Source: Syntrophorhabdaceae bacterium
GTDB taxonomy: Bacteria; Desulfobacterota; Syntrophorhabdia; Syntrophorhabdales; Syntrophorhabdaceae
Direction: 5' to 3'
Assembly: GCA_963665295.1 (NCBI GenBank)
Contig: OY762209.1
Coordinates: forward strand, 3,136,001 to 3,200,000
Length of the DNA stretch: 64,000 nt
The translations under genes and the position numbers were made by a program. Each line of letters starts with the position of its first letter. Position 1 is the stretch's first letter. The notes beneath the pieces were generated by a model. That model was not told the origin of the DNA and did not search any database. It worked only from the letters and a program-made list of their open reading frames with translations. This document shows positions 41,561 through 51,717 of the stretch, one piece after another.

Positions 41561-42874
41561 ATGCTAATTGAGAAAATAACGTCGAGAACTGCGCGGATAG
41601 GAGTAATAGGTCTTGGATACGTTGGGTTGCCTCTTGCTGTCGAGTTTGTGAAAGCCGGATTTTTTGTAATGGGGTTTGACATAGATGACAGGAAGGTTCT
41701 ACTCCTCAGCCAAGGGCGCAACTATGTCAAGCATGTGAGTATCGACCCCATAATGCAAACCGGAGAGTCCCAATCCTTTCCGAGCCTCGATAACGAAAAA
41801 TTTATCGCCTCCACCGATTTCTCCCTCCTCAAGGGGGCTGATTGTATCGTCGTCTGTGTTCCCACGCCTTTGGGGAAGAACCGTGAGCCTGATATGCAGT
41901 ACATTAAGGACACGATGAGGGTGGTTGCCGAGCATCTGGGAGTGGGACAACTCGTCGTCCTTGAGTCAACGACCTATCCCGGCACCACGGATGAAGAGGT
42001 AAAGTCGATTCTTGAGGAGAAGGGACTCAAAGTCGGCAGGGACTTCTACCTTGCTTTTTCTCCTGAACGGGAAGATCCGAACAATAAGGATTTCAGTCTA
42101 CGCACCGTTCCCAAGGTGGTTGGCGGGTGCACCGAGGGATGTCTCGCTGCGGCAAAAGCTCTCTATGATTCCATAGTATCCAGGACTGTTCCGGTATCAT
42201 CCACGAGAGTAGCCGAAGCTGCAAAGCTTCTGGAAAATATCTACCGGGCGGTCAACATCGCTTTGGTGAATGAACTCAAGATGATCTTTGACCGCATGGA
42301 CATAGACATATGGGAAGTGATCGACGCCGCTAAGACAAAGCCTTTCGGGTTTCAGCCGTTTTATCCCGGACCGGGACTTGGCGGGCATTGCATCCCCATC
42401 GATCCGTTCTATTTGACGTGGAAGGCGAAGGAGTATGATTTTCCGACCCGTTTCATTGAACTTGCCGGTGAAATTAATACTCTCATGCCTGATTTTGTCG
42501 TCGGCAAGGTGGTACAGGCACTCGGCGACAGCGGTAAGCCGCTCAAGGGTGCGCGCATTCTTATTCTGGGACTTGCCTATAAGCCGAATATTGGTGATGA
42601 TCGTGAATCGCCCTCTTATTACCTTATGGACAAACTGGAAGAGGGAGGTGCGATTGTTGATTACAATGACCCTCATATCCCCGAGATACTTCTGACGCGC
42701 AAGTTTGCCAAGTTTGCGGGAAGACGTTCCGTGGAAATCGACGGAAAACATGATCTGATCCTTATTGCCACGGGCCACGATGAATATAAAGCCATCAATT
42801 TCATTGGCCTCGATTTGCCGATAGTTGATACCCGGAATATAGCAGGCAAGGGCACCAAGATATATCCGGCTTGA
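41561..42874 (+). CDS. UDP-N-acetylhexosamine 6-dehydrogenase (WbpA/WecC-like)
   Basis: GLGYVGLPLA, CVPTP, ESTTYPGTT, GPGLGGHCIPIDP. Confidence 0.93.
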   Translation: MLIEKITSRTARIGVIGLGYVGLPLAVEFVKAGFFVMGFDIDDRKVLLLSQGRNYVKHVSIDPIMQTGESQSFPSLDNEKFIASTDFSLLKGADCIVVCVPTPLGKNREPDMQYIKDTMRVVAEHLGVGQLVVLESTTYPGTTDEEVKSILEEKGLKVGRDFYLAFSPEREDPNNKDFSLRTVPKVVGGCTEGCLAAAKALYDSIVSRTVPVSSTRVAEAAKLLENIYRAVNIALVNELKMIFDRMDIDIWEVIDAAKTKPFGFQPFYPGPGLGGHCIPIDPFYLTWKAKEYDFPTRFIELAGEINTLMPDFVVGKVVQALGDSGKPLKGARILILGLAYKPNIGDDRESPSYYLMDKLEEGGAIVDYNDPHIPEILLTRKFAKFAGRRSVEIDGKHDLILIATGHDEYKAINFIGLDLPIVDTRNIAGKGTKIYPA

Positions 42875-42976
42875 AGACTCAATCTCAAAGAACCACAACC
42901 ACGGAATACCCGGAAAGCAGGTTTGTCGCCCTTCCGGTCCGGATCATCCTGATTCGGAGACCAAATTATTCCTGAC

Positions 42977-43858
42977 ATGCCGATCAAAACTCAAACCCTC
43001 GGGAAGCAGGAAAATCCAGGCACTGACTGGGATTTGATCATACGTCCGAAGTCGGGCCGGTTCGACCTGCGTCTCGGCGACCTGTGGCGTTATCGGGACC
43101 TGACAATGCTCTTTGTGCGCAGAGATTTCGTATCCCAGTATAAGCAGACTATACTTGGCCCCCTATGGTATCTTATACAACCTCTGCTTTCAACCATAAT
43201 GTTTACAATCATATTTGGGAAAATAGCAGGGTTGTCGACCGACGGTCTTCCCCAGTTTCTGTTCTACATGGCCGGCGTTACCTGTTGGAATTACTTTGCT
43301 GAATGCCTGAACCGCACTTCCGGTACGTTTATCGCAAACGCGGGTATTTTTGGAAAGGTTTATTTCCCTCGCCTGACAGTGCCCGTGTCGGTGGTTATTT
43401 CAAACCTCTTGAAGTTTGCGATCCAATTCACTTTCTTTGCCGCATTCCTTTTGTTTTATATGATCAAGGGGTTCAGCATACACCCCAGTATGTGGATGTT
43501 TCTCACTCCGTACCTACTGATCCTTATGGCGGGTCTCGGTCTTGGAACGGGCATCATTATATCCAGTTTGACGACCAAATATCGCGATCTGCAGATTCTC
43601 GTGGTCTTTGGAGTGCAACTCCTTATGTATGCCACGCCCGTCATCTATCCGTTGTCTGCAATACCGGGCAAATACCTTTGGCTGATATTGCTGAATCCGA
43701 TGACGCCCATTATCGAAGCCTTTCGCTTCATGTTTCTTGGCGCAGGCGCGTTCAGTCCGGTAAGCTTGGCATATAGCACTTTCGCGACACTGGTGATCTT
43801 ACTGATCGGTGTCCTTATCTTCAATAAAGTCGAAAAGTCTTTCATGGATACGGTATAA
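42977..43858 (+). CDS. wzm: ABC-2 polysaccharide transporter permease
   Basis: RRDFVSQYKQTILGPLW, KVYFPRL, YRD, ATPVIYP, NPMT. Confidence 0.94.
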   Translation: MPIKTQTLGKQENPGTDWDLIIRPKSGRFDLRLGDLWRYRDLTMLFVRRDFVSQYKQTILGPLWYLIQPLLSTIMFTIIFGKIAGLSTDGLPQFLFYMAGVTCWNYFAECLNRTSGTFIANAGIFGKVYFPRLTVPVSVVISNLLKFAIQFTFFAAFLLFYMIKGFSIHPSMWMFLTPYLLILMAGLGLGTGIIISSLTTKYRDLQILVVFGVQLLMYATPVIYPLSAIPGKYLWLILLNPMTPIIEAFRFMFLGAGAFSPVSLAYSTFATLVILLIGVLIFNKVEKSFMDTV

Positions 43859-43924
43859 AGCGACGGAAAGTATGGCGCAATCGAAAAAATTGAATAATCC
43901 TGAACCGTAAATCGAAAACCTCTT

Positions 43925-45268
43925 ATGCCCGACACTGTTATTCAGGTTGAAAACCTTTGCAAGTATTACCGTCTTGGCGTGGTGGGCACGGGAAGCTTGT
44001 CCCGGGACCTCCACCGCGTTTGGGCCAAGGTCAGGGGCAAACCTGACCCCGCCCTTCGCGTTGACCAACTTGCAGAGAATCAGGAATCGGGAACGCTAAA
44101 TGGGAAATTGAACAATGGTTTCATATGGGCTTTAAAAGACATTTCTTTCGAAGTTGAACAAGGGGAGGTCTTGGGGATCATCGGTCGTAATGGCGCCGGC
44201 AAGAGCACGCTCCTGAAGATACTCTCCCGTGTCACCACTCCCACCTCCGGTGAATGTCGGGTCAAGGGCCGCATCGCCAGCCTCCTTGAGGTCGGCACCG
44301 GCTTTCACCCCGAACTCACGGGGCGGGAGAATATCTTCCTCAACGGCGCCATCCTCGGCATGACCAAGGAAGAAATAAGACATAAATTCGATGATATAGT
44401 CGCATTTGCGGAGGTGGAAAGATTCATCGACACCCCCGTGAAACGCTATTCTTCCGGCATGTATGTGCGACTTGCTTTTGCCGTGGCTGCTCACCTGGAA
44501 CCGGAGATATTGATAGTTGACGAGGTACTGGCGGTGGGAGACGCGGCATTCCAGAAGAAGTGTCTGAGGAAGATGGGCTCTGTCGCTCACGAAGGGCGGA
44601 CGGTGCTGTTTGTGAGCCACAGCATGGATGCAATACTGGCACTATGTACGAAGGCAGTATTACTGGACAGAGGTGCGTTTCAATGTATTAGTGAAACTCA
44701 AATTGTCATAGATAGATACAAGAACGGAATTTTTAACAAGAATGGTATTTATGCTCAAAAGCGTGGCTTTGATGTCCTTAAAGGGCGAGGATCGGGAGAA
44801 GTCTGTTTTACGGGAATCTCAATAATGGATAGCAAGAAAGAAAAAACGGGATCAATCGCGCAGGGTGAGACGTTCTTCTTCGATATATCTTTTCGCGTAT
44901 TTATGAAGATTTCGGAACTGCAGTTATATGTGGCAATACAGGCTTCAAAATCAGGAGAAACCATATCATCGGTTAAGCATGTTATTTCTTGCGACACATT
45001 ACATGAAGGGACAAAGGGTCGTGCGGTGGTAGAGGTTTCGAATAATATATTCCGCCCGAAAGAGTACTCGCTTTATTTTTGGCTCGGTGACAGTTCTCCC
45101 AAAATGAGTACGGACGCCTTCCATATCATCGACGGTGACTACGCCCCACAGTTGACGATCATTCGCAGTTCCCGGAATATTATGGATGACAATCTGTACG
45201 TTAATGATGGTTTCTTCGGCATAGCATCGAGATGCGACGTCTTGGATATCGATTATGCCAGGCCATAG
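43925..45268 (+). CDS. wzt: polysaccharide ABC transporter ATPase with C-terminal carbohydrate-binding domain
   Basis: GRNGAGKST, YSSGMYVRLAF, DEVLAVGD and a C-terminal extension. Confidence 0.95.
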   Translation: MPDTVIQVENLCKYYRLGVVGTGSLSRDLHRVWAKVRGKPDPALRVDQLAENQESGTLNGKLNNGFIWALKDISFEVEQGEVLGIIGRNGAGKSTLLKILSRVTTPTSGECRVKGRIASLLEVGTGFHPELTGRENIFLNGAILGMTKEEIRHKFDDIVAFAEVERFIDTPVKRYSSGMYVRLAFAVAAHLEPEILIVDEVLAVGDAAFQKKCLRKMGSVAHEGRTVLFVSHSMDAILALCTKAVLLDRGAFQCISETQIVIDRYKNGIFNKNGIYAQKRGFDVLKGRGSGEVCFTGISIMDSKKEKTGSIAQGETFFFDISFRVFMKISELQLYVAIQASKSGETISSVKHVISCDTLHEGTKGRAVVEVSNNIFRPKEYSLYFWLGDSSPKMSTDAFHIIDGDYAPQLTIIRSSRNIMDDNLYVNDGFFGIASRCDVLDIDYARP

Positions 45269-45373
45269 TCCCTCGGCTTCTACCCGGCTCAGCCACCTTG
45301 GACTCCGGTTTGCCAAAGCCGCGATGGGCTCATCTTCTTCATCCTCTCTTCAGACCAATGCGAGAAGAATGAC

Positions 45374-46084
45374 ATGAAAGTCGGTGCCATCATACAGGCA
45401 AGAATGGGATCTCGAAGACTTCCCGGTAAGGTGCTCAAGGAGATCAACGGCAAGCCTCTCCTGCTCTACCTCGTGGAACGCTTGGAAAGAAGTCCCGCCC
45501 TGGATGCGATAGTGATTGCGACCTCCAATGACGAGAGTGACGGGCCTGTTGCCGACTTTTGCATTACGAATGGCATTCCCTGCTTTAAAGGGCCATTAAA
45601 GAACGTAGCAAGACGGTTCCTGGACCTTCTTGCTGCCTTTCCTTTCGATGCGTTCGTGCGCATCAACGGCGACAGCCCTCTCCTCGATCAACGTCTTGTA
45701 ACACAGGCGGTGGATATTTTCCGCCGGTCCTCTTACGACATCGTCACCAATGTCCAGAAAAGAACCTTTCCGAAAGGCCAGTCGGTGGAGGTCATCAAAA
45801 GTGATTATTATCGCGCCCACTATCCACTTTTTGCCGATGAACACGATCGCGAACACGTGACGCCATATTTTTACAGGAATAACGAAAAGGTCAACATGCT
45901 AAATATGGAATCGGGCAAGAATCTGGGTTCTGTCCAATTATCCATCGATACCTCGGAAGACTTTCGCATGGTCGAAAAGATGATCAAGCTCATGGATGAA
46001 CCTCATTGGGAGTATACAGTGAGAGACCTGGTATCATTGCAGGCACAGGCGTTGCAAAAAGAGGGCCGAGACAGAGATGCTTAA
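45374..46084 (+). CDS. acylneuraminate-type cytidylyltransferase (SpsF/PseF-like)
   Basis: IIQARMGSRRLPGKVL, RINGDSPL, REHVT, SIDT.ED. Confidence 0.9.
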   Translation: MKVGAIIQARMGSRRLPGKVLKEINGKPLLLYLVERLERSPALDAIVIATSNDESDGPVADFCITNGIPCFKGPLKNVARRFLDLLAAFPFDAFVRINGDSPLLDQRLVTQAVDIFRRSSYDIVTNVQKRTFPKGQSVEVIKSDYYRAHYPLFADEHDREHVTPYFYRNNEKVNMLNMESGKNLGSVQLSIDTSEDFRMVEKMIKLMDEPHWEYTVRDLVSLQAQALQKEGRDRDA

Positions 46085-47087
46085 GGCGGGAATCATCGGT
46101 CTCGGGGTGGGCGAACAACATATTCCAGGTTACCGCGGCCATCCCGATTGCGAAGTGGTAGCTCTTTGCGACCTGTCGGAGGAGAAGCTTTCAGAGGTCG
46201 GGAGCCGCTATCCGGAACCGTACAGGACGACCAGAGCCGGCGATATACTGGAAGATCCCGACATTAACGCGGTTTCCATCGCGTCTTACGATGACGCCCA
46301 TGGCGCCCAGGTTTGTCAGGCCCTTGATCATGATAAGCATGTCTTTGTGGAGAAGCCTCTCTGCCTTTATGAGGAAGAGGCTGTCGGTATCCGCGAGCGC
46401 TTGCGACGTAAGCCCCACTTAAAACTAAGCTCCAATTTGATTCTCCGGAAAGCGCCCCGCTTCCAGGTTCTGAAAGAGATGGTTACGGCAGGCGACATGG
46501 GGGATATCTACTATATTGAAGGGGATTACAATTACGGGCGGATTGAAAAGATTACGGAAGGCTGGAGGGGTAAGATTGATTTTTACTCCGTAGTTTACGG
46601 CGGGGGCATCCATCTGATCGATCTGATGCTATGGCTTACCGGGGACGAGATAGTGGAAGTCAGCGCCTACGGCAACCGCATATGTGCGGAGAACACCCCG
46701 TTTCGCTATCGTGATCTGACGGCGGCCATCCTGAAATTCAAGAGCGGGATGGTTGGCAAGATGACGGCAAATTTCGGCTGTATGTTTCCGCATTTCCATC
46801 CGCTGGCCTTGTACGGAACCAAGGCGACCTTCATTAACGGTCGAAAGACAGGAGAACTATATCGTTCACGGGATCCAAAGATCGAACCGGAGAAGATAGA
46901 AGCGGCCTATCCCGGGGCGTCAAAGGGTGACTTCCTTTCTACCTTTATTGACGCGATTCTCGAAGACGGCCAGCCGGAAGTTTCAGCTGCGGAAGTCTTT
47001 GCTGCCATGTCGGTCTGCTTCGCTATCGAGAAAGCGGTACAGGAAAATAAAACTGTTGCGGTGAAGAATTTGTGGGAGGAAGAATGA
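46077..47087 (+). CDS. Gfo/Idh/MocA-family oxidoreductase
   Basis: GIIGLG, HVFVEKP, GIHLID. Confidence 0.9.
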   Translation: MLKAGIIGLGVGEQHIPGYRGHPDCEVVALCDLSEEKLSEVGSRYPEPYRTTRAGDILEDPDINAVSIASYDDAHGAQVCQALDHDKHVFVEKPLCLYEEEAVGIRERLRRKPHLKLSSNLILRKAPRFQVLKEMVTAGDMGDIYYIEGDYNYGRIEKITEGWRGKIDFYSVVYGGGIHLIDLMLWLTGDEIVEVSAYGNRICAENTPFRYRDLTAAILKFKSGMVGKMTANFGCMFPHFHPLALYGTKATFINGRKTGELYRSRDPKIEPEKIEAAYPGASKGDFLSTFIDAILEDGQPEVSAAEVFAAMSVCFAIEKAVQENKTVAVKNLWEEE

Positions 47088-48229
47088 CAAAAATACCGTT
47101 TGGTCGTCCCATGATAGGTGAGGAGGAGCGCGATGCCGTCCTTGGAGTCTTACAGGGGACCACTTTCGTTCATGGGCCTAAGGCCCTCGAATTTGAAGCA
47201 GCTTTTGCACAATTCAGCGCTGCCCCTTACGCCGTCAGCGTATCCTCTTGTACGGCAGGTATGCACCTTATCTATTTTTCGCTTGGCTATGGACTGGGGG
47301 ATGAAGTCATTGTTCCCGCACAGACCCATGTTGCCACTGCTCATGCCGTAGAGCTTACCGGGGCGCGTCCTGTTTTTGTGGATGCAGAACCGGAAACAGG
47401 CAATATTGATATTGAGCAGATCGAAGCGGCCATCACGTCACGAACGCGCGCGATCTCAGTAGTGCACTACCTGGGTGTGCCCGTTGACATGCCCGCAGTT
47501 GTTGAGATCGCCCGTCGTCATAACCTTTTTCTGCTGGAAGATTGTGCCCTGTCCCCGGGGGCAAAAGTGGATGGTGTACACACAGGTTTACATGGTGACG
47601 CGGGAGTATTTTCTTTCTATCCGGTAAAGCATATTACCACCGCAGAGGGGGGAATGATTATCCTTCGCGATGGCGAACTGGCCTCCAAGCTGAGACTGAA
47701 AAAGGCATTCGGGGTAGACCGTACCCACAGCGAACGGAAGATTCCCGGTGTGTATGATACTACGGCCTTGGGTTTCAACTACAGGATGAGCGAGATTCAT
47801 GCTGCCATAGGTGTAGAGCAGGTCAGGAAATTGCCGGATTTTCTGGCGCAAAGGTCCAGGAACCACCAGGCGCTGTCAAAAGCCCTGGCAGACGTGCCCG
47901 GGCTTCGCGTCCTTCCCGCCCCGACCAATCGTCTGCTGAGTTGCCATTATTGCCTGTCGGTTGTGCTTGATGACGATTTGGCGCCACGGCGGCCTGAAAT
48001 CATCGCGGCCCTCGCGGAACGAGGCGTCGGCACCAGTGTCTACTATCCGCAACCAGTACCGAGGATGACATATTACAGGGAGAAATATGGGTATGAACCA
48101 CGCGGTTTTCCTAATGCGGCGCGCATCAGCGACGCCTCCATTGCCTTTCCCGTTGGACCTCACCTGAGCACGAACGATATGGCTGAAATTGCTTCGTATC
48201 TCAAAGCGATAATGAAAGGAGTAAACTAA
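47084..48229 (+). CDS. DegT/DnrJ/EryC1/StrS aminotransferase
   Basis: SSCTAGMHL, EDCA, FSFYPVKHITTAEGG, GFNYRM. Confidence 0.94.
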   Translation: MTKIPFGRPMIGEEERDAVLGVLQGTTFVHGPKALEFEAAFAQFSAAPYAVSVSSCTAGMHLIYFSLGYGLGDEVIVPAQTHVATAHAVELTGARPVFVDAEPETGNIDIEQIEAAITSRTRAISVVHYLGVPVDMPAVVEIARRHNLFLLEDCALSPGAKVDGVHTGLHGDAGVFSFYPVKHITTAEGGMIILRDGELASKLRLKKAFGVDRTHSERKIPGVYDTTALGFNYRMSEIHAAIGVEQVRKLPDFLAQRSRNHQALSKALADVPGLRVLPAPTNRLLSCHYCLSVVLDDDLAPRRPEIIAALAERGVGTSVYYPQPVPRMTYYREKYGYEPRGFPNAARISDASIAFPVGPHLSTNDMAEIASYLKAIMKGVN

Positions 48230-49266
48230 TGAGTACAAGACCCATAGAAAATCGCCGAATCACAATCATTGGAGGCGCCGGTTTCATAGGCCACAAGATG
48301 GCCCTTCACCTGAAAAGCCTGGGCGCTGAAGTGTCTTTGATCGATGGATTGGAAGTGAACAATCTTACCTCGGTTGTCGGCAATGCCGACAACCTGCCTC
48401 ATCCGGACCTTTCACTCACCGTAATCCATGAACGTCTGCGCCTTCTGCGTGAGGCGAACATTCCATTGTTTGTCCAGGACGCGCGTGACTACCATGCGCT
48501 TTCTCATTTGCTGGCGAAGACCAATCCGCAGGTGATCGTGCATCTCGCGGCGGTTTCTCACGCCAATCGTTCCAACAAAGACCCTTATTCGACGTTTGAT
48601 CATAGTTTCAGGACTCTCGAAAACGCGTTGGATAACGCAAAAGGACGGGTGGAGCAATTCGTATATTTCTCCTCCAGTATGGTCTATGGGCATTTTAAGG
48701 GAGGTTGGGTGGACGAAGATACTCCCTGTGAGCCCCTGGGCATCTATGGCGCCCTGAAGTATGGCGGGGAGAAACTCGTTATTGCATATAACCAGGTTTT
48801 TGGGTTGCCATATACCATCGTCCGCCCGTCAGCCCTTTATGGTCAACGCTGCATCAGTCGTCGTGTGGGCCAGATATTTATCGAAAATGCGCTTTTTGGA
48901 GAAGAAATTACAATTAACGGCGATGGATCGGATAGTCTGGACTTCACGTACATCCAGGATCTCGTGGAAGGCATCGCGAAGGTGATCGAGAATGACAACG
49001 CTATCAACCAGACTTTCAATCTCACCTATGGGTCCGCCCGCACGATCGGCGATATGGTTGATATTTTGAAAGCGTATTTCCCTAAAGTAACGGTGCGTAG
49101 TATCCACAAGGATGCACTGATGCCGGAACGAGGTACACTTTCGGTGGAAAAGGCACGATCCCTGATCGATTACAAACCGGACTGGCCTTTGGATAAGGGG
49201 TACCCACGGTATATTGAATGGTATACGGATCTCTTTGATCGAAATCCGAGCCTGCGTATGAGGTGA
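48229..49266 (+). CDS. NAD-dependent epimerase/dehydratase
   Basis: GGAGFIG, HLAA, SSSMVYG, YGALK. Confidence 0.92.
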   Translation: MSTRPIENRRITIIGGAGFIGHKMALHLKSLGAEVSLIDGLEVNNLTSVVGNADNLPHPDLSLTVIHERLRLLREANIPLFVQDARDYHALSHLLAKTNPQVIVHLAAVSHANRSNKDPYSTFDHSFRTLENALDNAKGRVEQFVYFSSSMVYGHFKGGWVDEDTPCEPLGIYGALKYGGEKLVIAYNQVFGLPYTIVRPSALYGQRCISRRVGQIFIENALFGEEITINGDGSDSLDFTYIQDLVEGIAKVIENDNAINQTFNLTYGSARTIGDMVDILKAYFPKVTVRSIHKDALMPERGTLSVEKARSLIDYKPDWPLDKGYPRYIEWYTDLFDRNPSLRMR

Positions 49267-49976
49267 AGATGGTTAATGATCGCCTGGTTTACGACGAGTG
49301 GCTGAGTGGTCTGCTGGGCTGCCCTGCGCTTCACCTGACGGGATCTGCCGGGTCCCTGGGAGTCCGGGATCTGCCAAAAGAGCTGGCTTTTGTAGATGCA
49401 AAAGTGGGGGTTGCACGGACTGATGAACTTCGACATCTCCAGAAGCTGGGTTTTCAGGTGGTGGACACCAATGTGCAGTTAAGTCGGAAGGCAAACCCTC
49501 TGAAACTGTCCTCGGAAACGTGCCGGTTTGCGGTCCCCGAGGATGAAGGTTGGGTACGTGATACTGCGGCAAACTCCTTTTCGGTAAGCCGGTTTCACCT
49601 GGACACAAAGATCCCGAAGAAGACCGCAGATCGAATCAAGGAAGATTGGGCAGGCAATTTTTTCTGCGGCAGCCGTGGTGACTGGATGGTAGTTGCAGAA
49701 GAAAAAGATGGTCCGGCTGGGTTTCTTCAACTCCTCAGGCATGGAGACACAGGAATCCGGATTGATCTGGTGGCTGTGGCGGAGAAAGCTCGTGGTCGGG
49801 GGTTGGCGCAGGCAATGATCGGGTTTGGTAGCCAACGGTGTTTGGGAAAGCCGGCGGAGGTTCTTGTAGGTACCCAGATTGCAAATATACATTCACTAAA
49901 CCTTTACTCGGTCTTGGGTTTTGTTCTTACCTCGGCAGCTTATGTGTTGCACCTCCATACGGGCGTCTCGGCATGA
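49263..49976 (+). CDS. GNAT N-acyltransferase (WecD-like)
   Basis: SRFHLD, LVAV...RGRGLA, VGTQIAN..S..LY..LGF. Confidence 0.85.
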   Translation: MKMVNDRLVYDEWLSGLLGCPALHLTGSAGSLGVRDLPKELAFVDAKVGVARTDELRHLQKLGFQVVDTNVQLSRKANPLKLSSETCRFAVPEDEGWVRDTAANSFSVSRFHLDTKIPKKTADRIKEDWAGNFFCGSRGDWMVVAEEKDGPAGFLQLLRHGDTGIRIDLVAVAEKARGRGLAQAMIGFGSQRCLGKPAEVLVGTQIANIHSLNLYSVLGFVLTSAAYVLHLHTGVSA

Positions 49977-50992
49977 GGATAGGCAACTTCGACACGGACA
50001 GGGAGGTATTTATTATTGCGGAGATCGGCAACAACCATGAGGGCAGCTACACACGGGCCGAAGAGATGATTGGCCGAGCCGCTGAAGCCGGCGCTCACGC
50101 GGTAAAATTTCAGACATTCATTCCTGAGTTGTATGTTACTTGTGACGATATTGGACGGCTGGAGCGTTTGCGCCGTTTTCAGCTTTCCTTTCAGGAATTT
50201 GAACGTTTGGCCACGCAGGCAAAGAAAACAGGGGTGGTGTTCTTTTCCACTCCTTTTGATATCGAAAGTGCCAGGTTTCTGAACAGTATCCAGTCTGTAT
50301 TCAAAATTGCATCCTCGGATAACACGTTTTACCCGCTTATCGACATTGTGGCAGGCTTCGGAAAACCGATGATCGTGTCAACGGGGTTCGCCGACCTCCC
50401 CCTGCTCCAGCGCGTTCGAGATCGGGTTAGTGCGGTTTGGGGGCGCGACGGGGTGTCGCCTGGTTTTGCGCTGCTACATTGTGTGTCAAGCTATCCCGTG
50501 CCCCCGGAGCAGGCAAACCTTGGCGCTATTTCCGTCCTTAAGAGCAGGTTCCCGGATACGGTGATTGGATACTCGGACCACACGCTGGATATCGAAGCCG
50601 CCACCTATGCGGTAGTGGCGGGAGCCCGCATCCTCGAGAAGCACTTCACCTTGGATAAGCAATATTCGGACTTCCGTGACCATCAACTTTCGGCTGACCC
50701 AGCCGAATTTCGCGGTCTGGTGAACTCCGTTCGCGCAGCGGAGGCGATGTTGGGACTTGGTGAAAAGAAGGCACAACCATGTGAAGAAGTAGTAAAGATA
50801 GACGTACGGCGCTCCATTGCCGCCGCCAGGAAACTGCCCGCGGGGGTTGTACTGAGGGTTGACGACCTGACGTGGGTACGTCCCGGTACCGGAATCCCAC
50901 CCGGAGAAGAGTCATGTGTAGTCGGCCGCCGTCTGTCGCGGCCAATGAAGCAGGGTGAGTTAATTACACCTGGAGACCTGACCTCGTCTTGA
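49973..50992 (+). CDS. nonulosonic acid synthase (NeuB family)
   Basis: IIAEIGNNHEG, AVKFQ, STPFD, KIAS, LHCVSSYP, GYSDHT, EKHFTLD and a SAF domain. Confidence 0.94.
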   Translation: MRIGNFDTDREVFIIAEIGNNHEGSYTRAEEMIGRAAEAGAHAVKFQTFIPELYVTCDDIGRLERLRRFQLSFQEFERLATQAKKTGVVFFSTPFDIESARFLNSIQSVFKIASSDNTFYPLIDIVAGFGKPMIVSTGFADLPLLQRVRDRVSAVWGRDGVSPGFALLHCVSSYPVPPEQANLGAISVLKSRFPDTVIGYSDHTLDIEAATYAVVAGARILEKHFTLDKQYSDFRDHQLSADPAEFRGLVNSVRAAEAMLGLGEKKAQPCEEVVKIDVRRSIAAARKLPAGVVLRVDDLTWVRPGTGIPPGEESCVVGRRLSRPMKQGELITPGDLTSS

Positions 50993-51717
50993 AGATTACA
51001 GTCTTGACCACGGAAACGCCGCACCACGCTTATTTTGTGCGTGAACTTGCGGCAGCCCATGACAATGTTGAAGTGTTCTGCGAGACAACGACGGCCGTCA
51101 AACCGCCTTTTGCGACCCACCATCCTTTTGAAGACGAGCGTGACCATTATGAATGGCAATCCTGGTTTGGCGGCACTCGAACCAGAATCGGTGAAATTGT
51201 GCCTACACATCTATTTGACTCTTTGAATAGCCGGACCGCGGTTAAGGCACTCGTCGGGAGTCGTGCAGATGTTATCATAGTGTTTGGAACCGGCGTTTTG
51301 AAAGGTTCGGTGATTACCGCGAAACCACATGGGATATTTAACTTACACGGCGGCGACCCGGAGTGCTACCGTGGCCTCGATACTCACTTGTGGGCAATCT
51401 ATCATCGGGATTTTGAAGGACTGATCACGACGCTTCATCGTCTTGAGGAGGATCTCGACACCGGGGACATTGTTATGCAAGGTAAGATCCCTCTATCGAA
51501 AGAAATGCCGATCTACGCATTGCGCAGGTCCAATACAGAGATGTGCGTTGCCCTCAGCTTGACGGCAATTGACATGATCCGGCGAAGCGGCAGCGTAATC
51601 TCAAGACCACAGCGGACGAGGGGGCGTTATTATTCCTCCATGCCGACTGACCTAAAAGATGTTTGCAGAAAACGATTCGAATCCTATACGGCGGGGTTGG
51701 ATAATGGTTCTCGATAA
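50989..51717 (+). CDS. formyltransferase-family protein
   Basis: FNLHGG...YRG, TLH..EEDLDTGDI. Confidence 0.85.
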   Translation: MKITVLTTETPHHAYFVRELAAAHDNVEVFCETTTAVKPPFATHHPFEDERDHYEWQSWFGGTRTRIGEIVPTHLFDSLNSRTAVKALVGSRADVIIVFGTGVLKGSVITAKPHGIFNLHGGDPECYRGLDTHLWAIYHRDFEGLITTLHRLEEDLDTGDIVMQGKIPLSKEMPIYALRRSNTEMCVALSLTAIDMIRRSGSVISRPQRTRGRYYSSMPTDLKDVCRKRFESYTAGLDNGSR

